Of a stretch of 64,000 bases of DNA, positions 47,363 through 56,355 are shown piece by piece. Position numbers and translations under genes: made by a program. Below the pieces are notes generated by a model. That model did not search any database, had not been told where the DNA came from, and saw only the letters and a list, made by a program, of their open reading frames with translations. The DNA lies in contig JBAZBR010000002.1 of the NCBI GenBank assembly GCA_041671325.1, forward strand, positions 9,978 through 73,977, in the 5' to 3' direction. Each line of letters starts with the position of its first letter. The stretch's first letter is position 1. The DNA is from Patescibacteria group bacterium. GTDB lineage: Bacteria > Patescibacteriota > Patescibacteriia > PEXW01.

Positions 47363-48571
47363 ATGGCAATTTTTGACTACCGGGCAAAAAATTTTCAGGG
47401 CCAGACAGTCGAAGGGGCGGTAGTCGCGCCTTCTGACGCGGTTGCTTACGATACGCTTAGGGAAAAAAGCTTGACCATAATTTCCCTGAAAGAACGCCCC
47501 AAAGGCGACAAAATTTTTGGTACGAACTTGTTTAAAAAAGTCAGCGTCAAAGAGCAGGTAATTTTCGCCAGGCAATTATCAGTTATGATCTCGGCGAATG
47601 TGCCTATAGTCAGGGCCTTAAGGATTTTAGTCCGGCAAACCAAGAATGTTAATTTCAAGATGATCCTTTCGGATATCCTGGATGAGGTTGATGGCGGCGC
47701 CAGGCTATCCATGGCCCTGGCTCGGTATCCCCAAGTTTTTAACACTTTTTTCGTGTCCATGATTAGGTCTGGCGAAACCACTGGCAAACTGGATGAGGTT
47801 TTAGTTTATCTGGCCGACCAAAAGGAAAAAGATTATGGGATTACCAGCCGGGTCAGGGGCGCGTTCATATATCCGGCTGTGGTTTTGTTTGCCGTGCTGG
47901 CCGTGGGCGTGGTCATGGTGGTTTTTGTCCTCCCAAAATTGCTGACAATTTTCACCGAAGGAGGCGCTGAACTCCCCTTAACGACAAAAATGTTGATAGG
48001 CATCAGTAATTTTGTGACCCATCAGTGGTATGTAGTAATTTTGATCATTTTGGCAGCAACTGTGGCTTTTATTTGGTGGAAGCGGACGCCCGGCGGCAGA
48101 AATGCTTTGGATGAAATAAAGCTGCGGATGCCGATTGCGGGCAGGATTTTCACCATGATTTACTTGACCCGCCTTGCCAGGTCATTATCCACGCTTTTGG
48201 GCTCGGGCGTGCCAATCTCCCAGGCTTTGTCAATTACGGCAGAGGTGGTTGGCAACCATGCTTACCAAAGGATAATCGAAAAAACCATCCGCGAAGTGGA
48301 AGACGGAAATTCCATAACCACGGTTTTCATCAAAAGCAAGCAAGTGCCTTTAATGCTTTCCCAAATGATGGCCGTGGGCGAGCAATCCGGCCAGCTGGAT
48401 CAAGTTTTGATGAAAGTCGCCCAATTTTATGAAAATGAGCTGGATGGCCTGGTCAGGAACCTCGTTTCATTGATTGAACCTTTAATCCTGCTCTTAATGG
48501 GCGTCGGCGTCGGCTTTATGGTTTCTTCCATCTTATTGCCGATTTACAACGTCGGCAATGCGATTAATTAG
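47363..48571 (+). CDS. pilC: Type IV pilus platform protein PilC/GspF
   Basis: FARQLSVMI, GETTGKLD, YP, GEQSGQLD, LIEP. Confidence 0.95.
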   Translation: MAIFDYRAKNFQGQTVEGAVVAPSDAVAYDTLREKSLTIISLKERPKGDKIFGTNLFKKVSVKEQVIFARQLSVMISANVPIVRALRILVRQTKNVNFKMILSDILDEVDGGARLSMALARYPQVFNTFFVSMIRSGETTGKLDEVLVYLADQKEKDYGITSRVRGAFIYPAVVLFAVLAVGVVMVVFVLPKLLTIFTEGGAELPLTTKMLIGISNFVTHQWYVVILIILAATVAFIWWKRTPGGRNALDEIKLRMPIAGRIFTMIYLTRLARSLSTLLGSGVPISQALSITAEVVGNHAYQRIIEKTIREVEDGNSITTVFIKSKQVPLMLSQMMAVGEQSGQLDQVLMKVAQFYENELDGLVRNLVSLIEPLILLLMGVGVGFMVSSILLPIYNVGNAIN

Positions 48572-48653
48572 GTCTATTGTCATTCCGACCGAGTCTTTAT
48601 TATAAAAAGACGAACGGTAATCCTCAAATTAATGAGAAGATAGTGCTAACGAA

Positions 48654-49117
48654 TCCTCTCCTCACAGAAGAGGATGCCGGAGGCAGGAGGGGTTTGTGGT
48701 AAATATGCAAGAAATTAGCATAAAAAGAGCCAGGCAATTACGAAAAAAATTAACACCATCAGAAGTAAAAATGTGGTCATTATTGCGGAATAAGCGATTT
48801 CTTAATTATAAATTTTACCGTCAGTTTCCTGTGGGACCATATATTACAGATTTTTGCTGTCGGAGCAGGAAGCTAATAATAGAAATTGACGGGGGTGGCC
48901 ATGCCATTCAGAAACAGAGTATAAAAGACGAATATAGAAATAAATATTTAGTTAAATGCGGATTTCGCGTGATGAGAATCTGGTCCAATGAGCTGTTTAG
49001 TAACATTGACGGGGTAATGGAAGGGGTTTTAATAGAATTGCAAAAACAATAAATCTATTTGCCTTTGATCATTCCCCTCACCCGGCCTACGGCCACCCTC
49101 TCCCAGAGGGAGAGGGA
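48654..49117 (+). mobile_element. Coding DUF559-type element, copy 1
   Basis: Left arm TCCTCTCCTCACAGAAGAGGATGCCGGAGGCAGGAGGGG; right arm CCCCTCACCCGGCCTACGGCCACCCTCTCCCAGAGGGAGAGGG. Confidence 0.75.
48705..49052 (+). CDS. DUF559 (Vsr-like) endonuclease
   Basis: ARQLRK..T.SE..MW..LR..KFYRQ..DF..IEIDGGGH..D..R..RIWSNE. Confidence 0.9.
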   Translation: MQEISIKRARQLRKKLTPSEVKMWSLLRNKRFLNYKFYRQFPVGPYITDFCCRSRKLIIEIDGGGHAIQKQSIKDEYRNKYLVKCGFRVMRIWSNELFSNIDGVMEGVLIELQKQ

Positions 49118-49183
49118 GATAAAGAACGGTTCCTCTCCTCCGCCAGAGGCGGACAGGCAGAAGGAGAGGGGGTAGTTGAATAG

Positions 49184-49372
49184 TCCTCTCCTCACAGGAG
49201 AGGATGCCGGAGGCAGGAGAGGTTCATGGTTATTATATAAGAAGCCATTATTAAGTAAGACAGACAATTATTATAAGTTCAATAGAATTAGAAAAAAACA
49301 ACAGACTTTCTTGATTTTCAAACACCTCCCTCACCCGGCCTACGGCTACCCTCTCCCGCCAGGGGAGAGGGA
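49184..49372 (+). mobile_element. Empty tandem copy of DUF559-type element
   Basis: Arms nearly identical to those of 48654-49117 around a ~100-nt AT-rich spacer. Confidence 0.8.
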
Positions 49373-49408
49373 GGAATAGGTAAAATACTAGTCAAAAACC
49401 AAAAAATC

Positions 49409-49417
49409 TGCTATACT
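49409..49417 (+). promoter_or_regulatory. Extended -10 promoter for the pilin gene
   Basis: TGcTATACT about 195 nt upstream of ATG 49612. Confidence 0.55.
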
Positions 49418-49441
49418 AATTACATATCCTTGTCGTGGCTG

Positions 49442-49605
49442 GCGGGCCCACCAATGCATTCTAAAGTGCTTCGGTGGGTGAATCCCTTAATTGGGACTTG
49501 TCCTCCAAAGCCCTTAATTGGGCAAAGGAGGGGATGGGTGATTCAGTACTGATCACTGATCCCCAACAAAACCCGCTTTCCTCGCTTAACATTGAAGGGA
49601 GGTGA
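49442..49605 (+). ncRNA. Putative structured 5' leader RNA upstream of major pilin
   Basis: Closing helix GCGGG/CCCGC encloses four hairpins, two with a CCC-TTAATT-GGG loop; strong RBS GGAGGTGA follows. Confidence 0.5.
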
Positions 49606-49611
49606 CAGATA

Positions 49612-50121
49612 ATGACAAAAAGAAAAGGTTTTACTTTAATTGAATTGTTGGTGGTTATTGCCATCATCGGTATTCTGTCAGCCGTGGGTTTGATCGCGCT
49701 TAATGGCGCTCGAGAAAAAGCCCGTGACTCACAGAGAAAGAGCGATTTGGGCCAATTGAGAACCGGTTTGGCTTTGTATTATGATACTTATAATAATTTT
49801 CCAACAGCTGCAACAGCGATAGCGGCCGATTATGTTAACGGTGCAGGACTCGCGCTTGATGCGGGATTGGTTGCTACAGACCAGAAATTTATTTCAAAAT
49901 TACCGAACATGCCAAGCACTTCAGATACTGGCACAGCACGCCAATATATGTACCAAACCTGCGGTGTGACTGCTGCAACCGACTATATACTTTACGCTGG
50001 CTTGGAAAGACCTAAGGATACTGGAGCTTATTGGACATTAAGCTATAGCCAAGGCGTTGCTTGTGAAGCAACTTCTTTTAGTTGTGCAGTAGGCGCTGCC
50101 TCCACTGTAACTTGTTTGTAA
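49612..50121 (+). CDS. Type IV pilin, likely major pilin
   Basis: KG|[27 protein letters not shown]; strong RBS; own terminator. Confidence 0.9.
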   Translation: MTKRKGFTLIELLVVIAIIGILSAVGLIALNGAREKARDSQRKSDLGQLRTGLALYYDTYNNFPTAATAIAADYVNGAGLALDAGLVATDQKFISKLPNMPSTSDTGTARQYMYQTCGVTAATDYILYAGLERPKDTGAYWTLSYSQGVACEATSFSCAVGAASTVTCL

Positions 50122-50144
50122 TCTGTTAATATAGCTAATATAAC

Positions 50145-50177
50145 AATCAAAAAGGGCCATTTAGGCTCTTTTTGATT
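50145..50177 (+). terminator. Rho-independent terminator
   Basis: AATCAAAAGGGCC..GGCTCTTTTTGATT. Confidence 0.7.
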
Positions 50178-50224
50178 TAATAGCCAGATTTCCCAAATAG
50201 AATAATTTATTATAATCTTAAGTA

Positions 50225-50713
50225 ATGAAAAAGAGTACGAATCAGAATTCGGGCTTCACCCTAATAGAATTATTAATAGTGATTGCTATTATCGGTATTT
50301 TAACGGCAATTGGTTTAATTGTTTTAAGCAATAGCCGTGAACGAGCCAGAGACATTAAACGCAAAACGGATTTAAATAGCGTCAAATTGGGTTTGGAGTT
50401 GTATTTTGACAGCTTTAATGCTTACCCCTCTCAAGACACTTTTTTGGGTTTTAGTAATGCAACCGGGGCTGGAAATTTGGTTTACGATTCATTAGTTGGC
50501 AACGCAAAATTTATTAGTAGCTTGCCACAAACACCTTTAGCCGGCGAATTGTATTATTATCGGTCATGCGTGCCTGCAGGCCAAACTGGCTATACAGATT
50601 ACACACTCTATTCGCGCTTGGAGCAACCCACAGTTCCAGGGAATTTTTGGATAATTAGCAAGAGTAAAGCCACTAGCCAGGAAGTAAATTCAGTTAATTG
50701 TCCCCAAACTTAG
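50225..50713 (+). CDS. Type IV pilin (paralog of the preceding pilin)
   Basis: SG|[16 protein letters not shown]; shares DYxLYxxLExP..W with the 49612 pilin. Confidence 0.9.
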   Translation: MKKSTNQNSGFTLIELLIVIAIIGILTAIGLIVLSNSRERARDIKRKTDLNSVKLGLELYFDSFNAYPSQDTFLGFSNATGAGNLVYDSLVGNAKFISSLPQTPLAGELYYYRSCVPAGQTGYTDYTLYSRLEQPTVPGNFWIISKSKATSQEVNSVNCPQT

Positions 50714-50718
50714 AGAAT

Positions 50719-52446
50719 ATGAAAGTTAAAAGAGAGGCGGTTTTGCCGATTGTTCTAGGCTTTGCGTTTTTTGTGACCAACACTTTTGCTGGCGACTCGA
50801 CGCCGTGGGTGGAAGGGTTTTTGGGAATCCTGACAATTCTTTTATTGCTTTTTAGCCGTCAAAATCTTGGTTTTGGTCAGGACTGGTTCTCTCCTTGGCG
50901 GTGGTTTTTAATTTTAATTGTATTTTTTTCTCTAACCGTGCCTTTCGCCGGTGACAAATATCAAGCCTTGAGAACCTGGATATATTGGTTCATTTCCGCT
51001 GTTTTTTTCTTAAGTGCCTGGTCAATAGACCGGCAATACCGGAAAAAAATGTTGTTAATCATGGTTTGGATTGCGGGAGCCGGCAGCTTATGGGCGATTG
51101 TCAATTTTATAAGCGTGCCCGGTTTAGATAGAGCCGGGGGCTTTTTTAAAAATGCCAATGCCTTAGGGGGTTACTGCGTATTGACCCTGCCTTTGGCTAT
51201 TGCCTTGATATTTGAAACAAAGCGATTGACTAGAATAAGCATTTTGATTTCTTCTGTGAGCATTGCTATTTCTTTAATTTTAAGTTTTTCGGTTACGGGA
51301 TTTGTAGCATTGGTAGGGGTATTAATCTTTGTTCTTGTTATTTGGCGAAAAAACATTAAAAGAAAATGGTTTTTACTTACGGGGGGGGTAATTATTGGCT
51401 TAATCGTTGTGGGCGTTGGCATACGTTTTTTTCAAACCCATTCTTTTAAAACGGCGGTTCGATTAGATAAGATAATTTCCCAAACGCATTTTAAGTCCAG
51501 TTTTACGCAACGTTGGCAATTTAACGCCGTTGCATTTGCTATGTTTAAAAAACATCCAATCGTTGGGATTGGTTTGGGTAATTATCAGCAAGCGTTTTCT
51601 CAGTACGCAAATTCGCGCTTGGAACAGCCACGCTATGTTCACAACGCCTATTTAGAGATTTTTACTGAAACCGGAATATTGGGAGGGTTAGCATTTTTAA
51701 TCATTATAATTTCATTAGCAACTGCGACTGTGCGGACTTACCAAAAATCCGAAATTGATAAAATTTTAATTTTTGGAGCTGGTATGGGCTTGCTGGCTTC
51801 AGCTTTGAATGCATTTGTTGATTTTGGCTGGCATTTTCCTGGAATCTGGGTCGGTTTTTGGATTATTTCCGGTTTAGTTTTATTGCCTGTACAAAATAAG
51901 GCAACACCGTTAAAGTCTGGTTTAATTGCTAGTTTATTTATTATTTTAGGAGGCTTGGTTCTTATCCGGGGCCTGGGTGTTGTGGCCAGTTATACCTATT
52001 TTGCCAGAGCCGAACGTTTGGTTGAGCAAGGTGAAGACCAACAAGCCATTCCGAATTTTCAAAAAGGGTTAAAATATGATCCAGATCCCGTGAGAATGAC
52101 AAACTTGGCAACCTCATTATGGTTGAGACATAACTCTCAAGCCGATGCTTTGATAAGAGCTGAAGAACAAGTTAATCAAGCCTTGAAGTGGTCAAAAATA
52201 AACTACACAACGTATTTGGTTCAGGCGCGTATAGCTTTAGCTAATAAAGATTATGCAAAAACCCGCATTAGTTATGAAAAAATGCTGGAGATTGACCGCC
52301 ATTTTCATCCTGACGCAACCGCGGAATTCGTTAATTTTTTACGCTTTCAAAAAGATTTCACAAAAGCCGACGCGATTGTTAAAGAGGCCGAAAAAGCTTA
52401 TAAAGATATTCTAAAACCAGGCGAGAGCTTGTTTAAGCGGCTGTAA
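50719..52446 (+). CDS. O-antigen ligase (Wzy_C) family protein with TPR tail; candidate pilin oligosaccharyltransferase
   Basis: RAGGFFKNANALG, HPIVGIGLGNY, HNAYLEIFTETGILG, C-terminal TPRs; ATG at 50719. Confidence 0.8.
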   Translation: MKVKREAVLPIVLGFAFFVTNTFAGDSTPWVEGFLGILTILLLLFSRQNLGFGQDWFSPWRWFLILIVFFSLTVPFAGDKYQALRTWIYWFISAVFFLSAWSIDRQYRKKMLLIMVWIAGAGSLWAIVNFISVPGLDRAGGFFKNANALGGYCVLTLPLAIALIFETKRLTRISILISSVSIAISLILSFSVTGFVALVGVLIFVLVIWRKNIKRKWFLLTGGVIIGLIVVGVGIRFFQTHSFKTAVRLDKIISQTHFKSSFTQRWQFNAVAFAMFKKHPIVGIGLGNYQQAFSQYANSRLEQPRYVHNAYLEIFTETGILGGLAFLIIIISLATATVRTYQKSEIDKILIFGAGMGLLASALNAFVDFGWHFPGIWVGFWIISGLVLLPVQNKATPLKSGLIASLFIILGGLVLIRGLGVVASYTYFARAERLVEQGEDQQAIPNFQKGLKYDPDPVRMTNLATSLWLRHNSQADALIRAEEQVNQALKWSKINYTTYLVQARIALANKDYAKTRISYEKMLEIDRHFHPDATAEFVNFLRFQKDFTKADAIVKEAEKAYKDILKPGESLFKRL

Positions 52447-52489
52447 ATAATAATTAGTCAAAGTCAAGTTTATATAATATAATTACTTT

Positions 52490-52903
52490 ATGATGAAAAA
52501 AGGTATTGGCATGATCGGTATTGTTTTAATTAGCTTAGCCTTTTTGCTGGTCATCTTTTTTGGTTTAAGGATTATTGGTGCCGAAAGGGCGAAAACTAGG
52601 GATGCCCAAAGGGTGGCTGATATGGCCAGAATCCAAGTCGGGTTTATGGCGCTTTTCAATCGCACTGCCAGCTATGCCCAGGCTGCGCAGAATGGCTGTG
52701 ATGCGGTCGGTAGTCCGGTTCGGGTGTGTAACTTGGCCCAGGATTTTCCAAGCGTAAAGAATTTTAAAGACCCCAAAGGCACAGAATATTTGGTTTCTAA
52801 AGTCCCGGACGCCACCACTTACGAAATAACTTTTTCTTTAGAAGTTGGCGCCACGGGTTTGGCAAAAGGCAAACATACCCTAACCCCGGCGGGAATAAAA
52901 TAA
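52490..52903 (+). CDS. Pilin-like protein with atypical N-terminus
   Basis: KKG|IGMIGIV, RAKTRDAQRVADM, DP, YEITFSLE; lacks E5. Confidence 0.7.
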   Translation: MMKKGIGMIGIVLISLAFLLVIFFGLRIIGAERAKTRDAQRVADMARIQVGFMALFNRTASYAQAAQNGCDAVGSPVRVCNLAQDFPSVKNFKDPKGTEYLVSKVPDATTYEITFSLEVGATGLAKGKHTLTPAGIK

Positions 52904-53048
52904 AATTTTTGAAAAGCAAGATTGCCGCGCTTCCTTGTAAGAGCGAGGTCGCTCGCAATGACCGATCTTTAATCAACCGTCTTTGCGAGTCCCGCAGCCG
53001 CGGCAGGGACGGGAAAGGAGGGAGAAAGTAAGGCAATGGTTATATTTA

Positions 53049-53504
53049 TCCTCCTCTCCGCCTTTTAGGGGGAGAGGATGTCCCGAGCAAAGTCGAGGGA
53101 CAGGTGAGGTGGTAAGTATTATGAAACTGAAACCATTAACCATAAAAGCAAAGAGGCTTAGGCAAAGGCAAACTCCGCAAGAAGTAAAATTATGGTCAAG
53201 ACTTAAAAACAGACAATGCTCTGGCTATAAATTTAGGCGGCAAGTACATCTAGGCAAGTATATTGTTGATTTCTATTGTCCAGAGAAAAAATTTATTGTT
53301 GAAGTTGATGGGGGTCAGCATAGTCATGAACGATTTTCTAAGCGTGATTCATTTAGGAGTAATTATCTGAAAAACCAAGGATGCAAAGTTATCCGATTTT
53401 GGAACAATGATATTGATTCAAATTTAGAAGGTGTTTATCAAGTAATTCTTGATTTTCTAAGTTCCCCCTCACCTCTATCTCCTCTCCCGCGAGAGGAGAG
53501 GAGG
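53049..53504 (+). mobile_element. Coding DUF559-type element, copy 2
   Basis: Left TCCTCTCC..GGAGAGGA-hairpin-AGGTGAGG; right CCCCTCACC..TCCTCTCCCGCGAGGAGAGAGGA. Confidence 0.75.
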
Positions 53505-53516
53505 AATGAAAGGTAA
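53121..53516 (+). CDS. DUF559 (Vsr-like) endonuclease
   Basis: AKRLRQRQTPQEVKLW..KFRRQ..YIVDF..EVDGGQH..RFWNND; C-terminus is encoded by the right arm. Confidence 0.9.
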   Translation: MKLKPLTIKAKRLRQRQTPQEVKLWSRLKNRQCSGYKFRRQVHLGKYIVDFYCPEKKFIVEVDGGQHSHERFSKRDSFRSNYLKNQGCKVIRFWNNDIDSNLEGVYQVILDFLSSPSPLSPLPREERRNER

Positions 53517-53535
53517 AGTTTAATTAAAATAAAAA

Positions 53536-54303
53536 ATGAACATAATTGCTTACATATTTATTTTTCTCCTCGGCCTCTGCATTGGCAGTTTTTTAAATGT
53601 GGTGATTTTGCGCTTGCCCAAGAAAAAGAAATTTTTGAAATTAAACCAAAGGTCAAAATGTCCAAAGTGCCGGCACGCTTTGCGTTTTTTGGATTTGGTT
53701 CCGCTTTTTAGTTTTCTATTTCTGAAATTCCGCTGCCGATATTGCCACAAAAAAATCAGCTGGCAATATCCTTTGGTGGAATTTTTAACCGCGCTGTTTT
53801 TTGCCTTAATTTTTTGGCAATACGGTTTGACTTGGGTAGCATTGATTGGCTTTATTGGCGCAGGGTTTTTAATGGCTTTAGCTTTTATTGACGGAAAATT
53901 CCAAATTGTCCCAGACAGCATAAGCCTGCCAGGAATAATTATAATTTTAGTATTGCAGCTTTTGACCAATTTTAAAGATTGGCAAAGCTTGCTTCTTGGC
54001 TTGCTACTTGGCTCAACCTGGTTTTTACTGCAGTGGGTGGTTTCCAAAGGCAAATGGGTGGGTAGCGGCGATATCCGCATTGGTGCTTTATTAGGAGTAT
54101 TCTTGGGTTTCTGGGGTACTGCCTTGGCGCTTTTCGCTTCCTATTTTATGGGCAGCCTCTGGGCAATATATTTGCTTTCCAGAGGCAAAGCCAAGTTAAA
54201 AAGCAAGATCCCCTTTGGCGTGTTTTTGGGGATTTTTGGCATTTTAGCCTTTATTTTTGGGCCTGAAGTGGTATCCTGGTATAAGGGGATTATCGGTTTG
54301 TAA
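53536..54303 (+). CDS. pilD: Prepilin peptidase PilD
   Basis: GSFLNVVILRLP, RSKCPKC..CRYC, YPLVE, FID, GSGD, IPFGVFL. Confidence 0.95.
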   Translation: MNIIAYIFIFLLGLCIGSFLNVVILRLPKKKKFLKLNQRSKCPKCRHALRFLDLVPLFSFLFLKFRCRYCHKKISWQYPLVEFLTALFFALIFWQYGLTWVALIGFIGAGFLMALAFIDGKFQIVPDSISLPGIIIILVLQLLTNFKDWQSLLLGLLLGSTWFLLQWVVSKGKWVGSGDIRIGALLGVFLGFWGTALALFASYFMGSLWAIYLLSRGKAKLKSKIPFGVFLGIFGILAFIFGPEVVSWYKGIIGL

Positions 54304-54340
54304 ATCCAGCACCACTTTTCAACAAAACATTAAAAAATTC

Positions 54341-55243
54341 ATGGCTAAATTGAAAAAAGGATTTTCAATCCTGGAAATATTAGTGACTATAGGCATCACT
54401 GCGCTCCTAATGGGCGTGGTCATTGGCAATTACCGCCGGGGCGGCGATGACAGTATTTTGGAAAAAGAAATCAACTTGCTTATGACCAGAGTTAGGCTGA
54501 CCCAGGAACAGACTGCCGGCGGGACAACCGGAAAATATTGCGAAAATCCAAATTATGGCAAAACTTGCAGTGTAGATTCGGATTGTCCTTCATCAACAAC
54601 TTGTTTGGAGGCTGATACGCCAAAAGGCGGTTATGCAATAGTTTTTAATTGTGACCCGAGTTATCAGTGGGGTTTGGATTATCCAAAAATGGACGTAATG
54701 GATGATGTAACCGAAACCAATACTACCCCTTATTTTATTTTTGGCGATAGGCTTTCCTGTAATTCTAATTGTTTTAATAATTTAAATTTTGATTGGTCTT
54801 ATATAGACTCTGATGGCCTGATAACTCTGATAAATTCTTCTCCTATGATAAACCCTCCTACCATAGGAGACACCCTGGTTAATACTTATGAGCTGGATAA
54901 TAAATTAGTGTTTAAAGATTTGCAGATAGTTTCCTCTAATTTAGAAATGTATTCTTGTAAATCAATTAATTTGTCAGATTTGAGAGGGAGGCCGGTTCCA
55001 GACCACGGTGTTGTTCCCGCGGAGTATCCCTTACAAGCGACAATCAGGTTTAAACCGCCAGACGGCAGGCAATTGGAAATTACTGATGGCGTTAGGACAC
55101 AAACACCTGGCGGAAATAATTGGCAGAAAGTAAGCGTAATGTTCGGCTTAAAAGACCGGAATACGGATTGCAAAATCGTGTCAATTAGCAAAGACGGATT
55201 TATTACTAAAGATAATGATCCGAATTGCAGTTTTGAGAGTTAA
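54341..55243 (+). CDS. Minor pilin/pseudopilin (FimU/GspH-like)
   Basis: MAKLKKG|FSILEILV; true start is ATG 54341. Confidence 0.85.
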   Translation: MAKLKKGFSILEILVTIGITALLMGVVIGNYRRGGDDSILEKEINLLMTRVRLTQEQTAGGTTGKYCENPNYGKTCSVDSDCPSSTTCLEADTPKGGYAIVFNCDPSYQWGLDYPKMDVMDDVTETNTTPYFIFGDRLSCNSNCFNNLNFDWSYIDSDGLITLINSSPMINPPTIGDTLVNTYELDNKLVFKDLQIVSSNLEMYSCKSINLSDLRGRPVPDHGVVPAEYPLQATIRFKPPDGRQLEITDGVRTQTPGGNNWQKVSVMFGLKDRNTDCKIVSISKDGFITKDNDPNCSFES

Positions 55244-55338
55244 TTTCTAAAAGTTAAAAAATAATTAATAAACAAAGAAATAGACAATTAAAGAGTTTAT
55301 CCAGCACCACTTTTCAATAATACGCTATAAATATCACT

Positions 55339-56343
55339 ATGAATTTTGACCAGAAAAAAATCAATAACCAGCACGAAAGACCTTTTTTGAAAAGTGGTGC
55401 TGGATTTACCTTGATTGAAACCCTGGTAGCGATGGGGATTATGCTGGCTTTATTGTCCGTGATTTTGGCGAATTACCGGCGGGGCAATGATGACAGCGTC
55501 TTAAACCGGGAAACCGCAATGTTAATGTCTAATATCAGGTTAGCACAGGAAGAAACCGCGGCTGGCCAAATTTTACGTTTTTGCACTACTAATATTGGGC
55601 AAACCTGTAAAACCGATTCAGATTGTCCGACGGGCGATACCTGTAATCCAACCCAAGAAACTCCTAAAGGTGGATATGGGATTGTTTTAGGTTGCAAGAA
55701 TGGTACTGTTGTGGGTACGACGTTGCCGTGGATTGAGCATGGGGTGGATATCAGTAACCCGAATAATCCAAATGCTTATTTTTTATACGGTGATAACCTG
55801 AGCTGTGTTGGCTCAACAGCGTACAATTCTTGCTTTCCGATGAATCCTTTACTTTATAACCCCAATGGTCCGACTTCATATGACAGGAGAATTGGCAGCT
55901 GGCAAACTGGTGAGAATTATGGTGATACTTTGGAAAAAGAAGTAGTATTGAATGATAAAGTTAAGATTAAAGATTTTAAATTAACCAGGGGAACTGATTC
56001 AAACCTGACTTATTATACATGCGATGTATCGAATACTGGTCTTAGCGCAGATCATTATTCCCCTTGGAGCCTGTCCGGTGCTATTATTCCAGGAATTAAT
56101 ACTGTTGTTCCAGCAAATTATCCTTTGCAATTATATATCAATTTTTCTCCGCCTACTGGCAGACAAACATACATCTCTGATAATATTGAATATTTTTTGC
56201 CTGGCGGACCTAACTTGACAGACATCTGGCTTAAAGCGGAAATTATGCTGGGGGTAAAAAACCGTGATACTGACTGCCAGGTTGTTACTGTTACTAAAGA
56301 GGGCATGATCAGCCGGTCAGTCGATGCGGATTGTAAATTTTAG
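55339..56343 (+). CDS. Minor pilin/pseudopilin, paralog of the preceding gene
   Basis: KSGAG|FTLIETLV; shares NYRRGxDDS, TPKGGY, YPLQ, K.R.TDC. Confidence 0.85.
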   Translation: MNFDQKKINNQHERPFLKSGAGFTLIETLVAMGIMLALLSVILANYRRGNDDSVLNRETAMLMSNIRLAQEETAAGQILRFCTTNIGQTCKTDSDCPTGDTCNPTQETPKGGYGIVLGCKNGTVVGTTLPWIEHGVDISNPNNPNAYFLYGDNLSCVGSTAYNSCFPMNPLLYNPNGPTSYDRRIGSWQTGENYGDTLEKEVVLNDKVKIKDFKLTRGTDSNLTYYTCDVSNTGLSADHYSPWSLSGAIIPGINTVVPANYPLQLYINFSPPTGRQTYISDNIEYFLPGGPNLTDIWLKAEIMLGVKNRDTDCQVVTVTKEGMISRSVDADCKF

Positions 56344-56355
56344 GTTTTAATTAAA

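Noticed and set aside
49176-49379. 67-aa ORF in the empty element
   Set aside because: It starts and ends within repeat arms and shows no DUF559 motifs.
49442-49605. c-di-GMP-I riboswitch call for the pilin leader
   Set aside because: The characteristic GGCAAAC/GAAA tetraloop-receptor pattern is not visible.
52983-53120. N-terminal extension of DUF559 copy 2
   Set aside because: It consists of repeat arms; homology starts at ATG 53121.
54257-54340. Extended start of the 54257 pilin ORF
   Set aside because: It overlaps pilD; ATG 54341 gives a normal class III leader.
54341-56343. Diversity-generating retroelement acting on paralogous pilins
   Set aside because: No reverse transcriptase and no TR/VR pair differing only at adenines was seen.
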